Source: Octopus vulgaris (taxonomy: Eukaryota). From it: a DNA stretch of 64,000 nucleotides. The notes beneath the pieces were generated by a model. The model did no database searches and was not told where the DNA came from. It saw only the letters and a list, made by a program, of their open reading frames with translations. Where the stretch lies: positions 27,838,001-27,902,000 of the forward strand of contig OX597830.1 in NCBI GenBank assembly GCA_951406725.2, in the 5' to 3' direction. The position numbers were made by a program, and so were the translations under genes. Numbering within the stretch: the first letter of the stretch is position 1; every line of letters starts with the position of its first letter. Shown here piece after piece: positions 29,731 to 43,790 of this stretch.

Positions 29731-29991
29731 ATTCTCTTATTCTTTTACTTGTTTCAGTCATTTTACGGTTGCCATGCTGGAGGGGAATAGTCGATTACAT
29801 CGAGCCCAGTGTTTCCCTGGTATTTATTTCATCGACCCCGACAGGATGAAAGAAATGCCGCTAAGCATTTTGCTCGGCGTGCAGCCTATCCTGCCAGCTC
29901 ACTGCATGGATAATAAATAATAATAACAACAACAACAACAACAATAACAACAACAACAATAACAACAACAAGAAAACCAATTATAATAATG

Positions 29992-30028
<37 letters not shown>

Positions 30029-30034
30029 GAATAA

Positions 30035-30065
<31 letters not shown>

Positions 30066-30257
30066 AAGAAGAAGAAGAAGACGAATAATAATGAATAATC
30101 ATTGGCTTATAAAATATCGATATGTGCAGTTACGTACACTGAATCGTGGGACTGTTCCTTCTGTGGGATTCAGCCTCGGGAAAGTATTCATTCTAAAGTA
30201 AGTCGTGTGTTAAAACACACAATATGCTTTTGGCAACGACAGTAGACTCTCACTTAC

Positions 30258-30316
30258 CGGTCGTTTCGGCGTGAGTTTGACTCGTCTGTGACAGATTTGG
30301 AACTAGATAACGAATT
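30258..30316 (-). other. Candidate 59-nt internal exon
   Basis: Minus strand reads catcttttttgccatcttctttataacaacAG|AATTCG...ACGACCG|GTAAGTgag: polypyrimidine tract, CAG acceptor and consensus donor; open in at least two frames. Confidence 0.4.
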
Positions 30317-31221
30317 CTGTTGTTATAAAGAAGATGGCAAAAAGATGTGTATATGCTGGTGATTGTGAAAGCGTGTCAGTATACATGGTAAATTATCATA
30401 TGCAATTAAAAAGCAGAGTTGAAATTATAACACGTATGCACACACAAATATTCGGAGAAGTGCTTCAAAGTGATCTCTTTGAAATTTTCCTGATTCTGCA
30501 AATTTTAACCATGTAAAATTTTCTTTTTAATTGACACACTCACTCATTCATTCACTTACTCACTCTGTCACTCACTCACTCACTCACTCACTCACCCCGT
30601 CGCTCACTTACCTACTCACTAACTCACTCACTGACGCGCACTCGCATACACAAACGCAAGTAAACGATCCAGCGCAGAAACAAATATGTGTCCTTCAAAT
30701 CAAATCTACATATATGCATACACATTCCTAAATACATACATGTATACGCACATGCATATATTGTACAAACACTGAAACGCAGAGATAAAAACAGACACAT
30801 AGACACATATACGCAGATTAATAGAGAAGAATATGCATTAATTAATCCCAACATGCAAAATCCAATTTCAGTGTCAACAACGATGTCTTTAAGATAGCAT
30901 GTTCCCACTTGTTATTATTATTAATGTTAAAAATATTGATATTATATTGATAAAATTACTGATATTATAATAATTACTGCAATATTATAAAATATCTGCT
31001 GCATCAACTTTAATAGGAATACATATAATGAATTTTTATAATATCAATTATTATTATGATAATCATAATATTAATAATGCTAAAGCCTGCAGCACACAAA
31101 CAACTAAAATATATTCCAGATCTAAATCATAAATAACTATAAAAGGATCCAATATCTTTAGATTAGGAAAGGCAGTGATCAGATTGTAAATTAAAAACAA
31201 AATACACACAGAGTGCAGCAC

Positions 31222-31294
<73 letters not shown>

Positions 31295-32191
31295 TTAACA
31301 TAATATTGTGAAAAGTGGTATACGGAATAAATTATATCCCAAAATTAATTGTTGTAGCAAGCAACTTTGTGAGGTTTATAAACTGAGATTTCTCCATTTT
31401 TTCGTTATTTATTTGCTCACACACATATATACGTATATGTGTTTGTTTATTAATTTTCATCTACAAAATTGTTTTACCCCAATAATTTTACCATAGCTAC
31501 GAAGCAGGAATAATTCAACAAAATCATGAGGGAAAAATAAAAGCCCCTGTAAAAAAAAAAAAAAACTAAAATAAAAAAAAAAACACATCCTTAAATAGGA
31601 AGAAAATACAAATTCTTTAATACGCGCCTCCCAGGTTTCTCTCTCATTGATCAGAGAAATTTATTTGTATTATTGTTCACTGACACGATGGAAAATAATA
31701 TTGTTCTCAGCAACATTAAAATCGAATTGCAATGAAAACTTAAGAAAATAATGATCGATTTGACTACAACGGGGAGTTAAAAAAATAGGGAGAAAGATAT
31801 AGAAAATATATTACTTTGAATTATGTTGCTCCAATTACAAATCATATTTCTATACATGTTCAATTTTTCTCTTTAGTGTGAATAGCTAGTTATCTCAGCT
31901 CTCTTATTTAAAGTATTTTGATTTTTTGCTCTAATTTATTGATATCAGAAAAGAAAATATATTTATCATCTCACGAATTGTGAAATTCTATATAGTTGGC
32001 GTTAAATTCTAGTTATCATTCACGCTAAATGAAAAGAAGATGATAATTATTAATTCTTAGAATGGAAGTTTGTTGCAGGTAAGATAGCCATAGCGAAGTT
32101 TGAAACCTCACCTATTTGCTAAAGGAGAGAAGCTATGAGCCTGTAAATTAAATATCTTCTACTCTGAAACAACTTAAACGGCTGCTGTAAC

Positions 32192-32237
<46 letters not shown>

Positions 32238-32460
32238 CATGAAATTTCCGAATAATTCTTCTTACAATAGGCACAGGTTATCTGTGTGGTTTCTAGTGCA
32301 GCTCCACTGTACGATATCCTGGACAAGTGTCTTCTTTATAGTCCTGGGCTATCCAGTGCTTTATGGGTGAAATTGGCTAACGGGAACTGTGTGGAAGCCA
32401 GTCGCCTACACACACATATGTATATTTTAGATTCGGTAAAGGGAAACTGAAAGAAACCCG

Positions 32461-32527
<67 letters not shown>

Positions 32528-32530
<3 letters not shown>

Positions 32531-32857
32531 ACCCCTTCGGTCATGAATGACCATGGGATTGCACCTAGAAAGTTACCCTCCTAGACACAAGTCCGGGCAA
32601 GGTTGTTTATGGAAGACCAGCAGTCGCCCATGCATACCAGCCTCCCCTCTCCACACCACTAGTGTTATCCAAGGGAAAGACAAAGGTCGATACAGCTTGG
32701 CACCAGTGACGTCGCAACTCATTTCTACAGCTGAGTGAACTGGAGCAACGTGAAATAAAGTGCCTTGCTCAAGAACACAACACGCAGCCCGGTCCGGGAT
32801 TCGAGCTCACAACCTCACGATCGTAAGCCCGACGCTCTAACCACTGAGCCATGGCCT
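32528..32857 (-). mobile_element. tRNA-derived SINE with CORE/Meta-like TGTGTTCTTGAGCAAGGCACTT segment, nested in the internal (TA)n of an older + strand SINE (32270-32462 and 33040-33235)
   Basis: Minus head AGGCCATGGCTCAGTGGTTAGAGCGTCGGGCTTACGATCGTGAGG..CTCGAATCCC; the same 3' end (CTAGGTGCAATCCCATGGTCATTCATGACCGAAGG) also occurs at 22846-22882. Confidence 0.85.
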
Positions 32858-32878
32858 CACACACACACACACACACAC

Positions 32879-32954
<76 letters not shown>

Positions 32955-32975
32955 TATATGAAGGGTTTCTTTGTA

Positions 32976-33028
<53 letters not shown>

Positions 33029-35646
33029 ATGCAATAACGTATGTGTATCTATGTGCCTACTTGTCCCTCCCGACCTTTCGCAACCAGAATTGGTTTGTTT
33101 ACGTCCAACGTAACTTAGCACCTCGATAAAAGAAAACGTTAGAATAAGTACCAGATGTCCAAAACTAGTACTTTGTACTACCAAAGCACAGCAGTGCAGT
33201 GCATTAGCTGCAATGCAATGACTGTAGAAAGTAAAAGTGGTAAAAGAGGCATCATTAATGCCAAACTTTTGGAAAAGAAGCAAAATTAAACTCTTCGAAG
33301 CCAATGAAGTATCTTGCGTAATTTAGTCTCCAACCATGAAATTCCCACTATAGGAAGATATAAAATTCTTGACCTTTCCCACCCTAAATTTGATATTTTT
33401 CATCAATGATATTTGTCTCCGATGTTCTTCACAATTAAAATTCCGTAATAAATCTCAGTCTTCCCGAATTATTTGGAAACACGTAAAATTGTAGAGTCTC
33501 AAACACCTCAAACTAACATTGCTGCCTCCATACAATTTGAGTTCAGATCCCACCGCAGTCAACTACAATTTTTGTATAGAATACTTTGCCTGCATTAAAT
33601 GAAATAGCAGATGTTTTATACGAATGTGTAGGATGCCTAAATTTTCCAGTTTCGATTCGCCGGCAAATTAGTCAAATTACAGTCACTTTCTTGTTTGAAA
33701 AAGTTTTCATAGTAAAACAAAGCTCATTACTTTGAGAACTGCATCATTGTATTAATTATATGCTTGATTATATTAGAGGGATAATAAAGCTTGTTACCGT
33801 AGGTTTCTTGAGGGTACATAATACAACGTAAACACTAATAAAACACTATCTATAAAACATAAAATAGATAATGATTTCATTAGAGGGGTTGCAGTAAGTA
33901 ATTAATGAAGCTATATATTTCAGGTTGTAAATATGAGATCAACACGTTATCATCTTCATGATTCAAGTAACACATATCTAGAGGGAAAATTTGTAGCGTG
34001 ATATGTCTACGAGATCAAATGATGCCAGTTAATTATTTCTGTAGGATCTTTTAATGAGCGATGCCTGTATATGTCTGATGTATCAAGATTGTGCTAATTG
34101 TTGTTTCAATAAATTCTTTGTAATTTTGGCAGTTTTAATCAGATAGACATAAATCTCTGATAAAACACAAATTATGAAATAAGAGTTTGGTTTTGTATAT
34201 AAGAAAGTTGCTTTTTTGTGTGTGTTTTTTTTATAGTTTTGAAGTTCCTTTTTACATAAGCGTTGTTAGATAATTGGTTAATGATCTCCAACAGAGACAC
34301 AAGGCTCGAGATATGGGAGAGCGAAATAGTTGATTACAGCAACCAAACACTTGATGGAAACATTATTTTGTGAGATTCATGAGAAATGAAAGGTAAAGTT
34401 GACTTCAGCCTGATTTGATCCCAAAACATAAAGATGCAGGAACAATACTGTGACAAAAGTTACTGTTGTTTCATCTCTAAAGATGATATTAATTCTTCGA
34501 ACATTTATAACGTATGATAGCTTTTAGGTTGTTTTATTTGGGAGAGAAGTGGAGACACATGGCCTAGTGATTAGAGCAGTGGACTCGCGGTCGATGGATC
34601 GCGGGTTCGAATCTCAGACCGGGCGATGTGTGTATTTATAAGCGAAAAAACTAATCTGCAAGCGGCTCAGGCGAACTTCTGCTGACTCTTTCGCCACAAC
34701 TTTCTCTCACTCTTTGCTCCTGCAACTTGCAGCTCACCTGGACGGACCAGTGTCCTGTTCAGGTGGAGAACCTATACGCCAAGGAAACCGGGAAACCGGC
34801 CCATATGAGCCAGGCATAGCTCGAGAAGGAGCGAACATTTGGGAGAGAAAGCATTGCTGTAGTGAGAGAGAGGTAGAAAGCTATCCTCAAACCAAAGACC
34901 CGAAAGCCTGCAACACAGTAGATTCCACTACTTAATTTATCATCCAGTTTAAGATAAATCCACATGACGGGATTTGAACTCCGAATAAAAGTGTCCGGTT
35001 CGATGTCCTTACATTTGTTAATTCCCCACCTTGAGGTTTCTAAGAAAATTTGCTTGAGCTCTAGAACTTATAAGGTGAGCTACCCGGCTTCCATAGTGAC
35101 CGAGGGGACAAGAATCCATATTAGTGACCGAGGTGACAAGAATCCTCTCAACGGTCCGTTGCAATGTTCAACGCAAACAGTGAGCTGAGGAAGCATGTTG
35201 ATTGTATCTACATCTGTACTTGACTGGTTCTTTATTTTATCGATCCCGACGTTCTTTAATAGTTGCTAATTCACCCCCTCTGATGAGTATTGATGAAATA
35301 CTGAGAGAACATATGATGGCAGTAACAGGTTTCCAGTAAACAGAAATATACATTAAAGTAATTTTTCAGGTTGTAGTGTCATAATATGAACAATGTCGGA
35401 AGTGCACATGGTGATACAATAGCAAGGAGACGGGCAGATGAAAATCAAATATAAATGTAAATTCATCGTGCAAATTGATATCTCATTAATGCAGGATAAC
35501 TAAGCATATCATCATGTGGATGAACAGCGTATACTGTTGTTGCTGAGCGAAATATATGATAAAAAGCATTTCAACCATAGATCGTCGGTTTCCTAAAAAA
35601 AAAAAAAAAAAATGAAATAGTCCTTTTCATGATTGCCACTAATTAT

Positions 35647-36012
35647 AAATTTTAAGAACTTCGAAGTCACCAAAAAGACAATCATTGTGTATTCTATGCA
35701 TCTACTTCATTATTCCTTAATTTAAAATTCAAAGTTTAAATGCCACCAAATATTATTTAAGAATTATCTCCATTGCATTAATTGCCTGCAGTGAACACAT
35801 AGTAATCGTGCATAGTTTATCAGGGACTAAAATTTTAAGAACTTCGAAGCCACAAAAAAGACAATTATTGCGTATCCTATGCACTTGCTTCTTTATTCCT
35901 TAATTTGAAATTCACACTTCGATTCCTACCAAATATTAGAATAGAATTATCTCCTTTGTATTAACTGTCCTGCAGGGAACACATAGTTGCCGTGGATAGT
36001 TTATCAGAAACT
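35647..36012. repeat. Diverged tandem duplication of about 182 bp
   Basis: AAATTTTAAGAACTTCGAAG...GAACACATAGT...ATAGTTTATCAG occurs at 35647-35828 and 35829-36012. Confidence 0.9.
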
Positions 36013-36582
36013 ACATTATCCAAATTGCTCCTCCACTATAAAGATTTTCTATGCTATTTCTAGCAAATTGTGAGGCGTAGTATTTGCTCACCAACTGGTT
36101 CTGTTGTTTTTGAGCTTCTTATCAGAATTAGTTGTAATGTCCGTTAGTTCTATAAAACTATTGAAGTTTTAAGACTCTGTTCAGAACTGGGTTTCGTTCA
36201 AAGTTATCCTTAGAGATGATGCGATTTACGTCGACAAGTGTAACTGATTGAGATATCAGATCAGCAGAACAAGGAAATGAAACATGCGCTGATGTTTGAC
36301 TGCTGTGCGTTGTGAAACAGAGATCTTACTATATCTGACTGTTGCACGCACTAAGGGCTGGGAGAAATCCTGCTTTTAGGTCATTATTGTCTCTAATAAC
36401 ATTAAGCAATATTGCTGCCGAATTAAAAATGTGCAATCGTATAGAGTTTTATACCAGTAATATAAAGAGGTGAAATACATTTAAGTCTACTTGTGAAACA
36501 AAGAGATGTGATATGTTTCAGTCTCATTAAGCTTCTTCATTGAAACATTTTCTTCTTACTTGGAAAAACCAAAACTGATGAA

Positions 36583-36678
<96 letters not shown>

Positions 36679-36769
36679 GATCAATCGATCGATCTATCAT
36701 CGCATGAAAGGACGGGCGTATATGAACAGAGGATCGTGCATGGATATGTTAGTAGAAAGCTCTGAGATG

Positions 36770-37490
36770 ATAGTAGCATTGAACATCGAAGCAGTCTATA
36801 ATGGACCAAAAACTGGATTGCTACCTCCCGTTTTGAAGGGTATGTGTTTGCAATCCAGGAACAAGAAATATCAGCCAAATACCTGATGCACAAATGGTGC
36901 AGAGATGCAGGAGAAGCAGTAAAATATGGCAACCGATGTAGACCTTGTGGAAATAACACCGAAGATATCACCTACATCCTAAGCAGATGTCCGAAACTAA
37001 CATTACAGTATTATCTACCGATGAGACATGATGTTGTAGCTATAATGAAATCCGTCGGAAGGATAACCCCGAGACAGAGAAATAAGAACCCACTGTATGG
37101 TAGAAGCCGTAGCCACTCAGAAAGGAGTGCAGGTGGAATGTCCCAGGGAAAACCTCAATAAAATGTAAACTCAACAGACTGATATAATGATTAGGGATAG
37201 AGAAAGGAAACGGTGTACAGTTGTGGAAGTCAGCTGCTCAGCGGATGTTAACATAAGGTGAAGATTAGTGAAGAAGAGAATCCTGCTGAACTATTGAGAA
37301 ATCTGCAGTTACTCTATCCAAATTATTAGTTCACGTTTATACCTGTAATTATTGGGGCACTGGGATATGTAACAGACTATGTAACAGAAATTAGGCTACT
37401 CAAAATCAGAAAGAAGATAATTCGAAGACTACAGATCCAAGCCATCACTGAACTATAAAAATCTGTAATACTTTCCAGAAGTTTATCATT
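36770..37490 (+). mobile_element. Degenerate R4/Dong-like RLE retrotransposon 3' part
   Basis: FEGYVFAIQEQEI...CRPCGNNTEDITYILSRCPKL...MRHDVVA, then VVEVSC..D and LRNLQLLYP...FIPVIIGALGYV. Confidence 0.88.
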
Positions 37491-37627
37491 TATGTATATA
37501 TGAGCATGTCTAGATATGCAAGTATATGCATGAGAAGACAAGCATAAAACAAAACATACAATCCTGCACGTATACATACATACATACATACATAGTACAC
37601 ACATAGATACATACACACATATATACT

Positions 37628-38019
37628 CTTTTACTCTTTTACTCTTTTACTTGTTTCAGTCATTTGACTGCGGCCATGCTGGAGCACCGCCTTTAATCGA
37701 GCAACTCGACCCCGGGACTTATTCTTTTGTAAGCCCAGTACTTATTCTATCGGGCTCTTTTGCTGAACCGCTAAGTGACGGGGACATAAACACTAGGGGA
37801 CAAACACAGACACACAAACACACGCACACACACATATATATATATATATACATATATACGACGGGCTTCTTTCAGTTTCCGTCTACCAAATCCACTCACA
37901 AGGCTTTGGTCGGCCCGGGGCTATAGTAGAAGACACTTGCCCAAGGTGCCACGCAGTGGGACTGAACCCAGAACCATATGGTTGGTAGACAAGCTACGTA
38001 CCACACAGCCACTCCTGCG

Positions 38020-38021
<2 letters not shown>
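37628..38021 (-). mobile_element. Full-length tRNA-derived SINE with internal (TA)/(TG) microsatellite and (AAAAGAGT)n tail
   Basis: Minus head GGCGCAGGAGTGGCTGTGTGGTA...GGTTCAGTCCCACTGCGTGGCACCTTGGGCAAGTGTCTTCT; many relatives in the window. Confidence 0.9.
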
Positions 38022-38057
<36 letters not shown>

Positions 38058-39174
38058 GAATATATAATGTCTATCTATACATATATGTGTGTGAGTGTGT
38101 GTGTGCGTGTGTGTGTGTTCGTGCGCGTGCGTATATATCTATGTATGCATTCATGCGTATATGTTTATGAAGAGGGATTATAGTAAACTTTGATTATAGC
38201 TAATAATAAAATACCTCAGTGATGCGTTCTACTTTGTTCGTCTAAGGTAGGTCTTCACACATGTAATGTAGGGAGTTGCAAAGCATTTAAATGTGTTATT
38301 CGGAAGACTATATGATTGGTTGTCTATGCCATCAGGCGTAGCTTGTCATAGACAAAAATTATGTGGGGGACTCCAAAATTGTCTCACAAAAAGTAAATAA
38401 AACGTATGAAAGAATTTAAAGAAAAGTACAGGCATTCGATGATGTTAACGGAAATAAAAGGTTTTAGAGTTTGTGGATGAGGGAAGGATTTTAATCAGGC
38501 GGAAGAGCTCTTTGAGATGTGGGAATTAATTTCGATTATTTTATACGAATATTTCGAATTAAAGAGATATTTTATTCCAAGCAAAAGAACAACAACTAAA
38601 CGACACGACAAAATAACAGAAAAAAATATATATAAAAGAACGAAGAACATAACGAACACCATCCCCCAAGAAATATTCCCCGATAAAATTCTCTCTAAAA
38701 AAGTTAGATAAAAATAAAAAAATAAAAAATTGAGAACGAGAAAGGAAGACGAAAATGGTAAGGAACAAAAGGAAATGAAAATTTAATTCTGCTGGAATGT
38801 TTACAGAAATGAGAACAATATCGACAACTGCAAAATTATCGACTTTCAAAACCAGAAAAATATCGATTTTTAAAATCAGGAGGTACGAATTTATTTATTT
38901 TATATTTTTTATTTGGTTTTATTTTTCAATTTAAATATGAATTTCCACTGTTTATTTGCAGCTGGAGATAATTTTTTTTTTTTACACTTTAAAAAATATG
39001 TATATTTAAATTGAAATTAGTGATGAGTGTTGTTGATACTGATGAAGGGTTAAGTTTATGATGACGATGAAGAGATCATAAAATGATGATGGTGATGGTG
39101 GTGATAATAGTGGCAATGATAACAATGATGACGATGACGACGACGAGGACAACGATGATGTTGATGGATGTTGA

Positions 39175-39208
<34 letters not shown>

Positions 39209-40661
39209 CGATGATGATGATGATGATGAGGAGGAGGAGGATGATGACGACGACGACGACAATGATGAAGACGGAGCTGAAAACTTCGACAATGTTGATG
39301 GTGATGACAGCAGAAAGAACAATTATGAAAAGGATGATGAAATTATCGAATACAACGACAAGATCAGATCAAGGATGGCAATTATCGTTACGATACTGAT
39401 ACAGAAAGTGTACAATAGTAAAGAGATGTTTGATGAAATAATATTCTCCAATATGATAACAACCATATAATAAGAATTTTCTGAGACTGAATATGACGAA
39501 AATGATAACGATAGGGTTCAACAATATTACTATCATCATCATCATCAGCAGCAGCAACAGCATATAAGTGTGCCCAGCAGAATTTTTGAGATGGAGTGTT
39601 AAATATTCTGGTGTCATGAGGAGGGATATGTTATGATAATTAACTCTGTCCTAGGCACAAGACCATGAAATTTTTTTGGGAAAGGGGCCAGTCGATTACA
39701 TCGAACCCAGTGTGAAACTAGTACTTATTTCATCGCCCCAGAAAGTATGAAAGGTGAAGTCGACTGCAGCGTAATTTGAACTCAGAACATGGCGGCAGAC
39801 GAAATACCGATATGTTATGATAATCATTTCTATTATAAGCACAATTTTGGAGGAGAGGGGGCAGTCGATTAGATCGACTTCAGTAATCAACTGGTACTTA
39901 ATTTATCGGCCCCGAAAGGATGAAAGGCAAGGTCGACCTCAGCGGAATTTCAACTCAGAAAATAGCGGAAGACGAAATGCCGATACGTTATAATAATTAC
40001 GAGATTAAACTCATGGTGATGGCTGAAATGGGGTTGGTAAAGGACTATATTTGCTGTAAATCTATTTAATTTCTAGCATTTGATCTAGGGTAAGTCTGTT
40101 TACAAACGCCTTTTAAATTTTATCTGTTTCAGCGGCTTTGCTGGGGCACCGTTTTGAAGAAGTTTTAGTCGAGTGAATCTGTCCAGTAACAATGAATTTT
40201 AAAACCTGGTGCCTATTCTGTCGGTCACTCTAAACGAACCACTAAGTTACAGGGACGTAAACACATCACCGGTTGTGAAGTAGTTGTAGGAGACAAACAC
40301 AGACAGGCAGCGGAATGCTCCGCTCCTTCTGTCTCTCTCTCCCCCCCCTCTCACTCTATCTCTCTGTCTGTCTATCTATCATACTCACCTCTCTCTTTCA
40401 TGCTGTTGGTGATATTTTCCTCCTCTTCTTTTTTGCTGATGAAGAGCTGTGCTCGAAACGTCAGCGATTCTCCCTTTTTACCGAGCGTCAAACAATACAT
40501 TTCATATGCACATCCTCATGTTGTTATTTATAATGTTCGATCGTTCGATTTGATTACACAAACACATGTACAATTCTAATCAAGAAAAAGAGATCGTTTT
40601 TAAAATAATAAAGACTAGTTTTTTAGAAGTAATTATTTAGAAGTATGTAATAAAAAGGTAA

Positions 40662-41010
40662 AGCAGGAGTGGCTGTGTGGTAAGTAGCTTGCTTACTAAC
40701 CATATGGTTTCGGGTTCAGCCCCACTACGTGGCAACTTGGGCAAGTGTCTTCTACTATAGCCTCGGGCCGACCAAAGCCTTGTGAGTGGATTTGGTAGAC
40801 GGAAACTGAAAGAAGCCCCTCGTATATATATGTATACGCGTGTGTGACTGTATTTGTCCCCCCCCCCAACATCGCTAGACAACCAGTGCTGGTGAGTTTA
40901 CATCCCCGTCACTTAGCGGTTCGGCAAGGGAGCCCGATAGAATAAGTCCTGGGTCGATTTGCTCGACAAAAGGCGGTACTCAAGGATGGCCGCAGTCAAA
41001 TGATTGAAAC
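40662..41010 (+). mobile_element. SINE, same family as 37628-38021
   Basis: GCAGGAGTGGCTGTGTGGTAAGTAGCTTG...GGCCGCAGTCAAATGATTGAAAC plus an A-rich tail. Confidence 0.9.
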
Positions 41011-41546
41011 AAAAAAAAAGAAAGAAAAAGAGAAAATTATCTGCGTATCTGACTCACAGATTTTGAATGTAACCCGAAAGCACGTAAGTTAACGAGAGAG
41101 GGAACACAGTTAGAAATAGCAGCAGCAGCGTACATTTCACATCTCCCCGAGTCATACCAATCATCAAGAGCATAATAACAGACAGGTGGTATATGTATTA
41201 GGACGAGTCATGAGGTGAGCTATCGAATATTATTTCAACCACCATTATCACAACCAGATGTATTGTCGTAATAAAGCAAGACACTTTCACTACGTCGGTT
41301 GCATTGACGATGGCTCCAGTTGATGCGATCATCGGTATCGCCTGCTCGTGAAATTAGGGTACATGTGGCCGATCACTTCACAGACATACGCACCCTTAAC
41401 GTAGTTCTCAACGTGACAATGCTGGCCCTTTGAAATACAAGTTCTACTCAGAGTTGCCATTTCAGTGAACTGGAGTAACGTGAAATAAAGTGTTTTGCTT
41501 AAGGAGACAACGCACCGTCGAGAATCAAATTTACGACCTTACTATC

Positions 41547-41946
41547 TATTTCTTTTCTACCCAAAAGGGGCTAGACACAGAGGGGACAAACGGATTAAAT
41601 CGATAAGATCGACCCCAGTGCGTAACTGGTACTTAATTTATCGACCCCGAAAGGATGAAAGGCAAAGTCGACCTCGGCGGAATTTGAACTCAGAACGTAG
41701 CGACAGACGAAATACCTACTTCTTTACTACCCACAAGGGGCTCAACACAGGGGACAAACAAGGACAGACAAACGGATTAAGTCGATTACATCGACCCCAG
41801 TGCGTAACTGGTACTTAATTTATCGGTCCCGAAAGGATGAAAGGCAAAGTCGACCTCGGCGGTTTTTGATCTCAGAACGTAGCGGCAGACGAAATACTAC
41901 AAAGCATTTCGCCCGGCGTGCTAACGATTCTACCAGCTCACCGCCT
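41547..41946 (-). mobile_element. Dimeric Nin-type SINE with a 17-bp TSD, inserted in the tRNA-like head of another SINE (about 41285-42000)
   Basis: TSD TTTACGACCTTACTATC at 41530-41546 and 41947-41963; core GTCGACTTTGCCTTTCATCCTTTCGGG..CGATAAATTAAGTACCAG present twice. Confidence 0.9.
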
Positions 41947-42576
41947 TTTACGACCTTACTATCGTGAAACGAACATCCTCACCACAAAGCCACGTACCTT
42001 TCTTCTATGAACATATACATAGTATCAGATGCTAAGCAAAGATGGCTTCAAACGGGCCGAGTTCCTTTGGACAATATCCTGATATCAGGTCGTTTACGGG
42101 ATTATATTTTCGAATGTCAAGATATACGAAGTCAGAAAGAGATGAAGGCATGTTTTAAAGCTGGTTCGTAAAAGTCTACAATTTTCGAATTCAAATTTAT
42201 TTTGAGAAACTACCAACCCTAAAATCATTCTTCTAGTTCAGGGAATATAGAAAAAGATTTAACAGAAGCATGTAAACGTTCCCTTTTATTTGTTCATTAT
42301 TATTTTTTTTCTATTTATATCCTTAATTTAATCTTTTGTTTCGGGAATATTATATGCCTTACCCAAGTCTCTGACGGCTTACCAGTTTTACTAAAATGAG
42401 TAAACCAATTAAAGTTATAAATTTCACCAAGATGTATAGTATACTTGGTGTTTTGCGCAAACACAGTTAATGCAATATAAATTAACGATGTATCACAATT
42501 CTCTGGTGATAGCTAGCTTAATAAAACAACAGTTGGCTTCTATTACATTATGAACTTTATATGAAATTTCTGGTTT

Positions 42577-42620
<44 letters not shown>

Positions 42621-42675
42621 TTATTTATTTATTTATTGATATACATATACACATGTGTGTCTATCTATCTATTTA

Positions 42676-42741
<66 letters not shown>

Positions 42742-42742
<1 letters not shown>

Positions 42743-42953
42743 CCCTATTGATCAAATGTTTTTCCTTTCCCTTCCCCCCCCCTCTTTTAACATTTTTTTT
42801 TATTTTATCCCCCCCTTTTTTTGTCCTCTTTCTTTCCATTTACGATTCCTTTTGATCGAAAACCAAACCCCCTTCTTTTACCACCAAAAGAAAAGCTCTA
42901 CCTTGTAATTTTGTCCTGTCTGTGTGCAGCCCTGTGTGGCTAATAAAGAAACA
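42742..42953 (+). mobile_element. 3'-UTR copy of the Tx1-like LINE with (TATC)n on both sides
   Basis: TCCCTATTGATCAA...GTGTGCAGCCCTGTGTGGCTAATAAAGAAACA; (TATC)n at about 42676-42740 and degenerate TATC after 42953. Confidence 0.9.
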
Positions 42954-43046
42954 TATCTAACTATCTATCTATCCATACATCTATCCATCTCTCTATCTAT
43001 GTATCTGTCTACCTATCTATCTGTCTGTCTCTTTCTCTCTCTCTCT

Positions 43047-43099
<53 letters not shown>

Positions 43100-43317
43100 A
43101 TGTGCTTATGTATGTGTGTACGATTATACATACCAATAAACATACAGCTATAAAAATGGACATATATTCGAATATCTCATCATGGTTTACATGTTTCATA
43201 TCCTTTTGTTTACACGAAATACTTTATAAGATTTGAGATTTTTCATCACAGGGACATGTACATGTACGTATAAAATTCACTTGCGAACACAAATATATTT
43301 ATTTCTATCTATATATC

Positions 43318-43589
43318 AAAACAGAAGAATTAAAAAAAAATGTTGGTATTATCACAGTTACACATGTTTCGTTTGGTAATAGGATTTACAAAATTTTACA
43401 TGTAAGAGAAACCTGCAAGAAACCCATAACCAAACAATATTAATATTATATGATTCTCTGTCCGAAGAATTTCTAATACGTATCTTACATGTTTCTTCTA
43501 TATGTAAATTTTGTAACGCTTATTAAGAAATAAAACACGTGTAATGGTGAAAAAATAATACAAAATTTGCTTTTATCTTTTCTGTTTTT
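43318..43589. mobile_element. MITE-like imperfect inverted repeat (arms about 105-110 bp)
   Basis: Left AAAACAGAAG..TTACACATGTTTC..TTACAAAATTTTACATG; right-arm reverse complement AAAACAGAAA..TTACACGTGTTTT..TTACAAAATTTACATA. Confidence 0.65.
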
Positions 43590-43655
43590 CAGTGACTTTT
43601 AACTCTTATGCATACCTCACTAACATATGAATTCTATATACATATATATGTGTGG

Positions 43656-43722
<67 letters not shown>

Positions 43723-43790
43723 TGTATGTATGTGCTTGTATGTATATATGAATATGCGAAAGGATGTGTGTTAATATACAAGTATGTTAT

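Noticed and set aside
28522-29849. Overlapping 100-220 aa ORFs on both strands, and the CRISPR-like look of the array
   Set aside because: The ORFs are a by-product of purine-rich repeats. The units are degenerate, the spacers low-complexity and irregular, there are no cas genes, and the context is eukaryotic
30130-30197. Possible + strand exon (AG...GTAAGT) encoding TYTESWDCSFCGIQPRESIHSK
   Set aside because: No polypyrimidine tract before the AG, and no partner exons seen
36510-36548. Further hammerhead-like traces (minus strand here; also about 15310-15385 and 54320-54385)
   Set aside because: The core is mutated and the stems are not convincing
39056-39470. Acidic poly-D/E ORF (39168-39470)
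   Set aside because: It is a decaying (GAT)n/(GAC)n tract with no splice or codon evidence
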